IMG/VR virus record: IMGVR_UViG_3300042549_002286
Location: 1 to 26,184 of that record
DNA length: 26,184 bases
DNA from: a virus
Taxonomy: Duplodnaviria; Caudoviricetes
Direction: 5' to 3' (one strand)
The notes below the pieces were generated by a model. The model ran no database searches. It saw only the letters and a program-made list of their open reading frames with translations, and was not told where the DNA came from. Positions within the stretch are counted from its first letter, which is position 1. Every line of letters starts with the position of its first letter. Positions 16,289 through 24,553 of the stretch are shown piece after piece. Made by a program: the position numbers and the translations under genes.

Positions 16289-17280
16289 TACTCACCTACC
16301 GCCGACTTTAAGTATCTAACAATAACTACACCTGATCCGCCTGATGCTCCGTTAGCGTTCCAACCTGCGTCTCCACCTATTCCACGATTGCCTGTTGGGT
16401 TAGATGGTATTACACCAGATCCTGCTGACCCACTTCCTGCACCACCTGATGCATATGTAATTGATGTGCCAGTTATTGAATTAGCTGTTCCTGCACCTGC
16501 TGTTGGATTACTACCAGAACCACCAGCGCCGCCTCCGCCTGCGCCACCTCCGCCTGAACCTTCGTTGCCACCATTGTTACCTTGACCTACAGTGCCTGTT
16601 CCGCCAACTGTTGTAGTTGTAGCACTAAAACCAGCACCACCACCAGATCCACCATTACCTCCTGAATAACCTGTGCCAGTTCCACTAGCACCTCCGCCTG
16701 CTCCACCACCAATAGATGCGGCTAAAGAGCCAAATACAGAGTTAGATCCGTTAGTTCCACTGGTTCCAGTTGATCCAATTCCTGCCGAGCCAGGTCCGCC
16801 AACTGTTATAGTATAAGATCCAACTGATAAAGATTGATTTGTTAAATATTGAAGTCCACCAGCTCCTCCGCCGCCACCAATTGAACCATTATTTGATCCG
16901 CCTCCGCCGCCGCCACCAGCAACTATTAATATGTCGACTGATACATTACCAGACGCTACATTTAAAGTTCCACTTGACGTAAATTCTCTATAATAATATG
17001 TTGAATAAGAGCCTAGCGCTCCTCCAGTTATGCTTGGGTATAATGCAGATACTCCAGCAACACCCCAACCACTAGAATTATATTGATATAAATTTTTCAA
17101 ATCTGTGTCATAATATAGATCACCAACTGTTGGAGATGCTGGTCTATTTGCCGTTGTTCCACGACCACTATGACCATTTGCTGCAGTATTATGAGTAGAA
17201 ATAGCAGCAGCAGTTTCTGTATCTGTCGCCAACGATGTGGCGGTAGACAGAACATTTGCTACATCTCTAGCTCTAGTCAA
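16288..17280 (-). CDS. Glycine-rich virion protein, MTRARDxAN class
   Basis: TTG start supported by paralog N-termini; FTSSGT, ILIVAGGGGGG, GGSGVVIVRY. Confidence 0.8.
   Translation of the reverse strand: MTRARDVANVLSTATSLATDTETAAAISTHNTAANGHSGRGTTANRPASPTVGDLYYDTDLKNLYQYNSSGWGVAGVSALYPSITGGALGSYSTYYYREFTSSGTLNVASGNVSVDILIVAGGGGGGGSNNGSIGGGGGAGGLQYLTNQSLSVGSYTITVGGPGSAGIGSTGTSGTNGSNSVFGSLAASIGGGAGGGASGTGTGYSGGNGGSGGGAGFSATTTTVGGTGTVGQGNNGGNEGSGGGGAGGGGAGGSGSNPTAGAGTANSITGTSITYASGGAGSGSAGSGVIPSNPTGNRGIGGDAGWNANGASGGSGVVIVRYLKSAVGE
17129..17184. repeat. 56-bp dispersed repeat, copy A
   Basis: 53/56 identical to 18972-19027 by hand alignment. Confidence 0.85.
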
Positions 17281-17284
17281 TTAT

Positions 17285-17668
17285 TTACTCTCCAGGAATT
17301 ATTACTTCTTGCCAGTTTAAATCTTCTTCAACCCACATAAACATTTTGCCTTCTACTACAGGCACAGGTGTTGGGGCATTCCAAATACATGTTGTTTCAT
17401 CTAATACCCATGAAGCAAATGGTTTTGGTGCAATAAATGCATCTCTAGATTCATCATATGTGAATCCGATTCCTGCGTAATTTTTTCTAAATGGAGTTCC
17501 GCCAAGTGCGTGAACATTACCCATTGTGTTATATGAGGTCTTTTTCCAAGTCCCGCCCAAACCTAGGTCGGTAGCAAGGAATTCTTGTCCTCTATGATCT
17601 TCTTCATCTGCAACTACTAATACACGAGTTACAATATTATTTTCATCAATCTCGGCCCAATGTGCCAT
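17285..17668 (-). CDS. 'MAHFA' family small fibre-partner protein
   Basis: 127 aa; strong AAGGAGG RBS; paralog of the 10668 gene. Confidence 0.8.
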   Translation of the reverse strand: MAHWAEIDENNIVTRVLVVADEEDHRGQEFLATDLGLGGTWKKTSYNTMGNVHALGGTPFRKNYAGIGFTYDESRDAFIAPKPFASWVLDETTCIWNAPTPVPVVEGKMFMWVEEDLNWQEVIIPGE

Positions 17669-17693
17669 AACTTCCTCCTTATTTAACTTTTTA

Positions 17694-17722
17694 ATTTTAC
17701 CATTTATATAATGATAATGCTA
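17694..17722 (-). promoter_or_regulatory. Internal promoter with extended -10
   Basis: TAGCAT-17 nt-TAAAAT, with the same TGGTAAAAT as at 3768-3776. Confidence 0.55.
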
Positions 17723-17728
17723 TTAAAT

Positions 17729-19270
17729 TTATGCTGCGTATCTTACTATAATTATTCCTGATCCACCTGATCCACCGCTATTTACATTTCCACCTGAGCC
17801 GCCGCCGCCGCCTCCAGTATTTGTAGTTGCACTTGCTGCACCTGTAGCAGAAGGAGGATTTGGGAAAGACCCACCTGATGCTCCTCCACCTGCTCCACCT
17901 GGGCCACCGCTAACTCCAGAATAACCTGAACCATCACCAAGTCCTCCGCCGCCGCCGCCTCCAGCAATTGCTCCAGTTGATGTTGCAGCTGCCCATCCAG
18001 AAATGCTACTCATTGAAGAAGTAATTGCAGATATCCAAGCAGAGTATGTAGTTAAACCAGCTCCTCCAAAGTTTTGGCTTTTAACGCCGCTAGGTGATGC
18101 ATTACCACCAACAGCTCCAGATCCTCCGCCGCCTCCTCCTGAATAATTAGGACCAGAATCAGTAGCAGTTCCTCCAGCAAAACCTTGACCAGATATTCCT
18201 GTTCCAGTAGAAGATGGTAAATTATAAGAAGGGCCTCCGCCAGATCCACCATTTTTTCCACCTGCTGTAGAATCAGCAGCACCTAATCTTGCTCCACCTG
18301 CACCGCCACCTGTTGCTGTGCTTGAACCAAACACACTGTTAGAACCATTTTGTGCGGTAGTTCCACCACCGCTTGTTAATCCTGCTGCGCCAGCCCCAAC
18401 TGTTGCTGTTACAGCAACTCCATTAGAAACTGAATAAGATGAGCTGTAAACTAATCCTCCTGCGCCACCACCTCCTCCTCCATTACCTGCTCCACCTGCG
18501 CCACCGCCAGCGATGTTAATTACTTGAGCTGATGTTAATCCAGCGGTGGCAGGAGTGAATGATCCACTAGAAGTAAATACGTGATAGAAATATCCTCCAG
18601 AAGAAGTGATATAGTTTCCACCATTGGCTTTAGGTGTGCTTGCAGCAGATGATGCTGTGCTATTTGCAGAAGAACCATTAGCCCCATTTGCTTTTACTGT
18701 AAATGTATACGATGTTGCTATTGTAAGACCAGTAATTGAAATTGGAGAAGATGATCCAGTGGCTGTTTGTCCGCCAGAAGATGTAACAGTATATGAAGAT
18801 GCAATTGGCCCCGTTGCAGATGGAGTAAATGAAACTGACATTGAAGTAGTTCCAGTAGCACTTGCAGAAACTGATGTTGGTGCATTTGGAGGTGGAGAAA
18901 CTTGTAGCCATCCAGTAGATGTATACATAATTAATGTATCTAAAGTTGTATCAAAGTATAAGTCTCCTAAAGTTGGAGATCCTGGTCTATTTGCCGTTGT
19001 GCCACGGCCACTATGACCATTTGCTGCTGTAGCATGTGTAGATATTGCTGTAGTTGCTGCTGCTCTATCTCCATGTGGATCAGTAGCAGAAGAGTGTGTA
19101 GATATTGCAGATGTCACAGATGTTGATGTAGCAAGGCTTGCGGTATTTGTAATTCCGTGGACTGAAGTAGTAGAATTATTATGAGAGGCAATAGCAGCGG
19201 TTACTTCAGCATCTGTTGCAGCATCAGTTGATCCTGAGAACAAATTGGATATGTTCCTTGCTTTGCTCAT
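17729..19270 (-). CDS. Glycine-rich virion protein with FN3-like domain, MSKARNxSN class
   Basis: PNAPTSVSA...SPISITGL...YTFTVKA; YHVFTSSGSF, IAGGGAGG, NTGGGGGG, GGSGIIIVRY; AGGAG RBS. Confidence 0.83.
   Translation of the reverse strand: MSKARNISNLFSGSTDAATDAEVTAAIASHNNSTTSVHGITNTASLATSTSVTSAISTHSSATDPHGDRAAATTAISTHATAANGHSGRGTTANRPGSPTLGDLYFDTTLDTLIMYTSTGWLQVSPPPNAPTSVSASATGTTSMSVSFTPSATGPIASSYTVTSSGGQTATGSSSPISITGLTIATSYTFTVKANGANGSSANSTASSAASTPKANGGNYITSSGGYFYHVFTSSGSFTPATAGLTSAQVINIAGGGAGGAGNGGGGGGAGGLVYSSSYSVSNGVAVTATVGAGAAGLTSGGGTTAQNGSNSVFGSSTATGGGAGGARLGAADSTAGGKNGGSGGGPSYNLPSSTGTGISGQGFAGGTATDSGPNYSGGGGGGSGAVGGNASPSGVKSQNFGGAGLTTYSAWISAITSSMSSISGWAAATSTGAIAGGGGGGGLGDGSGYSGVSGGPGGAGGGASGGSFPNPPSATGAASATTNTGGGGGGSGGNVNSGGSGGSGIIIVRYAA
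18972..19027. repeat. 56-bp dispersed repeat, copy B
   Basis: 53/56 identical to 17129-17184. Confidence 0.85.
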
Positions 19271-19279
19271 TGTTCTCCC

Positions 19280-19552
19280 TTAAGATAAAAGAAGTCTTGC
19301 TTCTTCTTCTGTAATACCAAGTCTTTCTAGAAGTGCCGATTTTTGTGTTGCAAAATCTGGTGCAATCATTGTGCCATCATGTGACGCAACAACTGTTGCT
19401 GCTGCTGCTTCATCAGATTCAATGATGTTTAGCCATAATTCTTTATTTTCATCTATAAGTGGACGACCAGTAACTTCAACACCAATAGCGTTTAATTCTG
19501 CTACTAGCTCCTGCCCATTAAGATTTGTTGGGGTATTAAATTTAATTAACAT
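19280..19552 (-). CDS. Small partner/chaperone-like protein of the C1q-like fibre
   Basis: 90 aa; TAATG-coupled; C-terminal K.ALLERLGITEEEA.LLL helix. Function inferred from position. Confidence 0.65.
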   Translation of the reverse strand: MLIKFNTPTNLNGQELVAELNAIGVEVTGRPLIDENKELWLNIIESDEAAAATVVASHDGTMIAPDFATQKSALLERLGITEEEARLLLS

Positions 19553-20526
19553 TATGCTCCTAAATAACTAAATTGTAGTTGAGTTGAATAACCAGAGGCA
19601 AGATTTAATGCGCCGCCAGAGTTTTGCCCACAACGACTGTCTATGTAATCTCCTGCTGCTAATTGTAAAACAAATGATGCGGAATGTGTAACTTGGCTAC
19701 CAGCGCTGGTATATGTCCAGAATGTTCCAAACACATCTACTCCATTTTTATAAATATAACCCCACTTTGCACCAGTTGATGCAGCTGCCCAGCAGTGTTG
19801 AAAATTAATTAACCATTTCCCACCATATCCTGTAGGAACATATAAACGAGAGTTATTGGTAGTATTGTCATGAATATTATGTGTATCATAATATTCAGCA
19901 TCCCAAGTTATTATATTGTCTGAACCATTATTGCAAGATTGAGTGGTAGCCTTGTATACAGAAGCGCCCACATAAGTTGGTGATGGTGCAGCTGTCCAAG
20001 CTGGAACTCCGCCAGAAACTCCAAGCAATTGTCCTGTGCTTCCAATTCCTAATCTAGCAGGAGTATTTGCACCTGATGCATAAATAATATCGCCTGTAGT
20101 TGTAGTTAATGTTTTTGCAATTACATCAGCTGAATTTGCTAGACCTGTAATTGTTCCACCAAGTGCTACTGCTGTGCTATTAATTGTAATTCCTGAATTA
20201 GCCAATTGATTATTTGCAATTGTTCCAGTAATTGATGTAGCTGGAGTTGTAGCAACTGAATAATTATTGTAGCAATTAATTTGAACAAAGTCTGATGCTG
20301 CTAAAGCTGTTAATCCTGTAATAGATGTGCCATTTGTAGCTGTATAGTCATCTCCACGAACTAGAAGGATACCATTAAGATATACCTGTTCCTGCCCTGG
20401 AGTATATGAAAGAGCTTGTGAGGCATTATCATAACCCGATAAACTTGTTTCTCCGCCGCTCATTGTCTTACGCCAAATAAGGCTAGTTAGAACGCCATTA
20501 GGACTTGGATATGATTCTATACTCAT
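19552..20526 (-). CDS. Fibre protein with C-terminal C1q/TNF-like jelly-roll
   Basis: ITWD.E.YD....D....RL.VP....G.W.I...YIYKNG...LQLAAGDYI...FS.L pattern; TTTGDIIYASGANTPARLGIG fibre repeat; N-terminal VYLNG..L..G.DY module. Confidence 0.7.
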   Translation of the reverse strand: MSIESYPSPNGVLTSLIWRKTMSGGETSLSGYDNASQALSYTPGQEQVYLNGILLVRGDDYTATNGTSITGLTALAASDFVQINCYNNYSVATTPATSITGTIANNQLANSGITINSTAVALGGTITGLANSADVIAKTLTTTTGDIIYASGANTPARLGIGSTGQLLGVSGGVPAWTAAPSPTYVGASVYKATTQSCNNGSDNIITWDAEYYDTHNIHDNTTNNSRLYVPTGYGGKWLINFQHCWAAASTGAKWGYIYKNGVDVFGTFWTYTSAGSQVTHSASFVLQLAAGDYIDSRCGQNSGGALNLASGYSTQLQFSYLGA

Positions 20527-20825
20527 GTTGTCTCAACCCCCGAAATATGAAATTTAACATCTGTAGCTGTAGCAAATCCTGCGATAATCTTAGTTGTAGC
20601 AATTACTGTTTTGAACTGAAAGTTAATTACTGAGTTTGCAGAAATTGGAACAGCAGGAACTAAGTTAATTCCGTCTACTGTAATTGTAACATATTGTTGA
20701 CTTGCAGACGTATTTGATACTACAATGTCTGTTAAAACAGATGTTGTAGAAGATGGGACGGTATAGAGAGTAGCAGAACTTGTTGCTGCCGCCCCTCTAT
20801 AAAATAATTTTGGTGTTGCTGACAT
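20523..20825 (-). CDS. Small beta-rich virion structural protein
   Basis: 100 aa; TLYTVP..T......VSN and F.ISGVE; coupled on both sides (TAATG, ATGA). Confidence 0.7.
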   Translation of the reverse strand: MSATPKLFYRGAAATSSATLYTVPSSTTSVLTDIVVSNTSASQQYVTITVDGINLVPAVPISANSVINFQFKTVIATTKIIAGFATATDVKFHISGVETT

Positions 20826-21223
20826 TAGTATACCCCCATCAAAGCATATGTTTCTGCATTTCCGCCACCTAAAGTAATTGTAGTTGTATCTGCTTCAGAA
20901 TCATCTGAAAATGTTGCTCCAACTATATTAACATTCTTTCTAGGGTTTACAGAAGTTCCTTCATTCTTAAATAATTGATTATATACTTTTGCCCAAGATA
21001 CATTTGTTTGATCCGTTGATAGGAAGTATCCATCATTGCCCGTCTGAAGCGGTAGCAGGGCGTTACGGGCGTTTTGAGCTGTTGTCTGACCTGTTCCACC
21101 CTCTGTTAATCCCAAAGTGGCGGAGGACGAAATAACTCCAGAAGCATCTGTTCTAACAACTCCAGCAGTAGATAAAGAAGGGACTACGAGTCCATTCTTG
21201 ACCTTAAAGCTTTTGTCTGACAT
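20825..21223 (-). CDS. Adaptor protein with FKVKNGL N-terminus
   Basis: AAGGAG RBS; paralogous segments in the 15806 and 12762 genes; ends ALMGVY. Confidence 0.75.
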   Translation of the reverse strand: MSDKSFKVKNGLVVPSLSTAGVVRTDASGVISSSATLGLTEGGTGQTTAQNARNALLPLQTGNDGYFLSTDQTNVSWAKVYNQLFKNEGTSVNPRKNVNIVGATFSDDSEADTTTITLGGGNAETYALMGVY

Positions 21224-21232
21224 CTGTTCTCC

Positions 21233-24091
21233 TTAAAGCTTTACTTTGCTAAATTTAACTGCTACGTTTGTAGTTGCTGCATCAGTTGCTGTTACTTGTA
21301 ATACTGCATTTGTTGAAGATACTGCTGCTGATACGACTACACCTGAAATTGTTCCGCCAGTTTCTGTAATTGCAAATTCTGTCATATCTACATTTGTGCC
21401 ATCAGTTTGAACAATTACTTTAGATGTTCTAGCCTTTGAACCCTGCTTTAAAGATACCATATATTCAATTGATGTAAACGCTGACAATGCTGTGGTATCT
21501 ACAGTTTCTACTGTATTTCCAGTAACAGTATCTGTTCCAGTTTCAATTGGAACTACTAGAGTTGCCCATGAAGCCGCTGATCCATTTGTGGTTAAATACT
21601 TTCCTGAATTATTTGTTTGAGTTGGAAGTGCATCTACTGTTGCCCAATATGAGGTAGTCCCATCATTTGTAAGATACTTGCCTGTGGTCGCTACACCTGG
21701 AGAACGAAAAATTCCATCGTCTACGCCCGCAACTGTTCCAGATACAAAAGTTAGATTTTCCCATAAAATATTAGGTCCATCGTTTATACAGGCTTCCGTA
21801 ACAATGAGTTCACAAAACTCAACAGAAGGGTCTGCCGATGCTGCAAGAATTACAGTTGAGCCAACAGGATAGGCAGCGTTTATTGCGTCTGCGTCTCCGT
21901 TGGTCGGATTGCTGCTCAGATTAATCTGCACAGTTACTATGGTAGGACCATCATATATATCTATGTAACCAATTGCATCAGATAAAGAACTTATCAAAGC
22001 GGTGTTTGTTACTGCCGCTGTTGATGTCGTGACTGCAGGAACTTCGCTAATGGCGTCCCAAGAAGCTGTTGTTCCATTTGTAGTTAAGTATTCTCCAGAG
22101 TTTCCAGTTTGATCTGGAAGACTTACTGGTGCTGCCGCCCACTCAACTCCATTAGTTGCTGCTGAGTTTGCTGTGAGCAAATATCCGTTTGTTCCAGCTG
22201 CTAATTTTGCTGGTGTATTATCGGCGGAAGCAACTAAAATATCTCCCTTAGTATCAAATAAGGATTCATCTACCTTACCATCTAATTGTGTTTGAATTGC
22301 TGAAGTTACGCCATCTACATAATTTAATTCAGTTGTAGAAAGAGTTGCTCCATCTAAAATATTAAGTTCTGCTGCTGTTGAGGTTACCCCGTCAAGGATA
22401 TTTAATTCGGCGGCTGTAGAAGTAACTCCATCTAGGATATTTAACTCTGCTGTGCTTGAAGTAATTCCATCTAAAACATTTAATTCTGTTGCGGTTGCTG
22501 TAACTGCTACATCCTCGTTAATTTTTGGACTTGTTAAAGTTTTATTTGTTAAAGTTTGAGCGGTAGAAAGGTCTACTGTTGCTGCTGTATTTATAGAAAC
22601 TTCATTTCCACTTACAGTTATACCTGTGCCAGCAGTAATTGTTCCTGATCCTGAGAACTGGTATACGTCAATATTATCTGTTCCAACTACAAATGTTGTT
22701 GGGTCTGCAACTACTTGAATCCATCCTGTTCCTGCACTTGTTCCTGCTTGGACATATATATATGCTCCTGGAATTTCTGAAGCTTCGTCACAAAAACTAC
22801 AACGAGTTAAAACATATGGCGTTGATACAGATCCCATATTTGAAACAAAATATCTACCGTTATGAGCCTTATTAGTTTGATTTTTTACTAAAATACCTTT
22901 TCCAACTGCCCAGCCTGTTGCTCCACCTGCTTCTGCAGGAAATACTCCGTTTGTATTGTGTGTAAGAGTTGCTCCTACACCTGCTGTGCCATTATTATAT
23001 GTGGCATCAATGTTTGCTGTTGTTGCTCCAAGAACTTGTGGCTTAGCAACAATTCCTGACGCTGTATTGTCAACATATTGCTTTGTTGCTGCTTGAAGAG
23101 CAGATGCAGGATCTGCAGCAAGAGTAACTGTGCCAGTAAATGTTGGATTATTTATTGGGGCCTTATCATTAATCTGTGTTTGAATAGCTGAAGTTACTCC
23201 ATTTAAGTATCCAATTTCAGTGTCTGAAACATCTGCTACTCTGGCTTGAATTGTAGTTGTATCTACAGAAATAGCACCAGTTGTATCGTTATACGATAAT
23301 CCTGTGCCTACGGCTTCTCCAACTGCATCTTGTGCATTTTCGTTTGAATATGTATTTGCTCCAACAAATGTAAACTTATTATTATCATCATCATATGTAA
23401 TAGTTATATTTGTATGGGTTCCCGCCGCAATTGCTGTAGCAATAGCATCTTGTGCTCTTTCATCTGTAAAATATTTATTAGTTGATCCTTCAGAAAGCCC
23501 ATCTGTGCTTGAAGGAATATTAGAAGTTAAAGCAACTGTTCCGCCTGCGTCTGGGATAGTAATTGTTCTATCTGCAGTTGGATCTGTTACCTGAATAGTT
23601 GTTTCAAAGTCATTTGCTGTTGCGCCCTCAAAAGTAATTGCTGTCGGAACGCTAATATTTCCTGTAAATGTGGCACCAGATAATGCTGCTACATTTTCTG
23701 CCAAAGCTACTGTTCCAGTAGCATTTGGAAATGTAATAGTTCTATCTGCTGTAGGGTCTGTTACTGTTAAAGTAGTTTGATAATCATCTTCTGTAGCACC
23801 TTCAAATATAATACTATCATTTGGAATTAAAAGATTCTGTAGACCATTTAGGCCAGCTACTCCACTTTCAGCACCAATGTCTCCAACCTCAACATATCCG
23901 TTAAGTGTTGTATTTAAATTTGATGGGACGACGTTTGCGTAGTTAGTAATCTGAGTCCATGTGCTTGACCCATTTCCAACCTTCATCTTTAGTGTATCTG
24001 TCTCGATACCAACTTCACCTTCACGCAATGTTGGATTATTTGATGTCCAATTTGCTGCGGTGTCTCTACGTAATTGAATTCTAACTGCCAT
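21233..24091 (-). CDS. Long fibre protein with Mtd N-terminal-like domain and COG5301-like domain
   Basis: MAVRIQLRRDTAANWTSNNPTL.EGE.G.ETDT.K.K.G.G...W; duplicated FEGAT.D...T..VTDPTADRTIT.P; ILVKNQT...NG.Y; ELNILDG repeats. Start moved to ATG 24091. Confidence 0.82.
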   Translation of the reverse strand: MAVRIQLRRDTAANWTSNNPTLREGEVGIETDTLKMKVGNGSSTWTQITNYANVVPSNLNTTLNGYVEVGDIGAESGVAGLNGLQNLLIPNDSIIFEGATEDDYQTTLTVTDPTADRTITFPNATGTVALAENVAALSGATFTGNISVPTAITFEGATANDFETTIQVTDPTADRTITIPDAGGTVALTSNIPSSTDGLSEGSTNKYFTDERAQDAIATAIAAGTHTNITITYDDDNNKFTFVGANTYSNENAQDAVGEAVGTGLSYNDTTGAISVDTTTIQARVADVSDTEIGYLNGVTSAIQTQINDKAPINNPTFTGTVTLAADPASALQAATKQYVDNTASGIVAKPQVLGATTANIDATYNNGTAGVGATLTHNTNGVFPAEAGGATGWAVGKGILVKNQTNKAHNGRYFVSNMGSVSTPYVLTRCSFCDEASEIPGAYIYVQAGTSAGTGWIQVVADPTTFVVGTDNIDVYQFSGSGTITAGTGITVSGNEVSINTAATVDLSTAQTLTNKTLTSPKINEDVAVTATATELNVLDGITSSTAELNILDGVTSTAAELNILDGVTSTAAELNILDGATLSTTELNYVDGVTSAIQTQLDGKVDESLFDTKGDILVASADNTPAKLAAGTNGYLLTANSAATNGVEWAAAPVSLPDQTGNSGEYLTTNGTTASWDAISEVPAVTTSTAAVTNTALISSLSDAIGYIDIYDGPTIVTVQINLSSNPTNGDADAINAAYPVGSTVILAASADPSVEFCELIVTEACINDGPNILWENLTFVSGTVAGVDDGIFRSPGVATTGKYLTNDGTTSYWATVDALPTQTNNSGKYLTTNGSAASWATLVVPIETGTDTVTGNTVETVDTTALSAFTSIEYMVSLKQGSKARTSKVIVQTDGTNVDMTEFAITETGGTISGVVVSAAVSSTNAVLQVTATDAATTNVAVKFSKVKL
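22307..22501 (-). repeat. Five tandem 13-aa (39-bp) repeats T....ELN.LDG
   Basis: TATATELNVLDGI/TSSTAELNILDGV/TSTAAELNILDGV/TSTAAELNILDGA/TLSTTELNYVDGV; synonymously diverged DNA. Confidence 0.88.
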
Positions 24092-24551
24092 TTGCTGATC
24101 CCCCATCAATTATATCATTATTAGGTGCTGAAGAATAATTAGAACTTGCTGAACCGCCATCCATAGAAACTATATAATTACCAAACTCTACATAATTTCC
24201 ATAATCTGCATGTCTAACAAATCCTTCTCCTGCGTAATGCTGGTGGTCTATTAATTCTTTTGGACCAGCTACATCATACCATATTGTGCCATTGTAAGTC
24301 TTTATTGTTTGTTCTGTTGTATCAAAGTAAACTGTTCCTTGTGTTGGAGAATTTGGAGCTGTTGCAAGTGCTTGAATTCCTGTTGCAGTTCCGCCACCCC
24401 CAGAACCAGTTCCTACAGTTTGCCAAGTTGTTCCATTATAATATTTTAATACGCTAGATGTTGTATTATAATAAATTTCACCAGCATATGTTCCAGACGG
24501 ATCTGAACTAAGTGCTGGAGGAGCAATCGGGGTTTTGAATAATCTAGCCAC
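24081..24551 (-). CDS. Small virion adaptor with two P...G..Y..T....K.YNG..W motifs and C-terminal DGG motifs
   Basis: 156 aa; GTG start; 11-nt overlap with the Mtd-N gene. Confidence 0.72.
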   Translation of the reverse strand: MARLFKTPIAPPALSSDPSGTYAGEIYYNTTSSVLKYYNGTTWQTVGTGSGGGGTATGIQALATAPNSPTQGTVYFDTTEQTIKTYNGTIWYDVAGPKELIDHQHYAGEGFVRHADYGNYVEFGNYIVSMDGGSASSNYSSAPNNDIIDGGSANGS

Positions 24552-24553
24552 GA

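Noticed and set aside
7780-18911. Short alternative-frame minus-strand ORFs rich in E/V/Q/L (7780, 9752, 11166, 14918, 17782, 18052, plus 14367 and 18678)
   Set aside because: Out-of-frame reads nested inside better-supported genes, mostly of GGA/GGT codon runs.
7445-19270. Collagen-like or PE-PGRS annotation for the Gly-rich proteins
   Set aside because: No sustained Gly-X-Y triplets and no PE domain; the pattern is GG-rich segments within a conserved beta scaffold.
21686-22027. Intein or intron as explanation of the fibre insert
   Set aside because: No intein N-terminal block or His-Asn terminus; the frame is uninterrupted.
22307-22501. CRISPR-like array from the 39-bp periodicity
   Set aside because: In-frame coding repeats with synonymous variation and no unique spacers.
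21233-24091. Diversity-generating retroelement suggested by the Mtd N-terminal domain
   Set aside because: No reverse transcriptase, no C-type-lectin-like variable C-terminus and no TR/VR pair with adenine-specific mismatches seen in this window.
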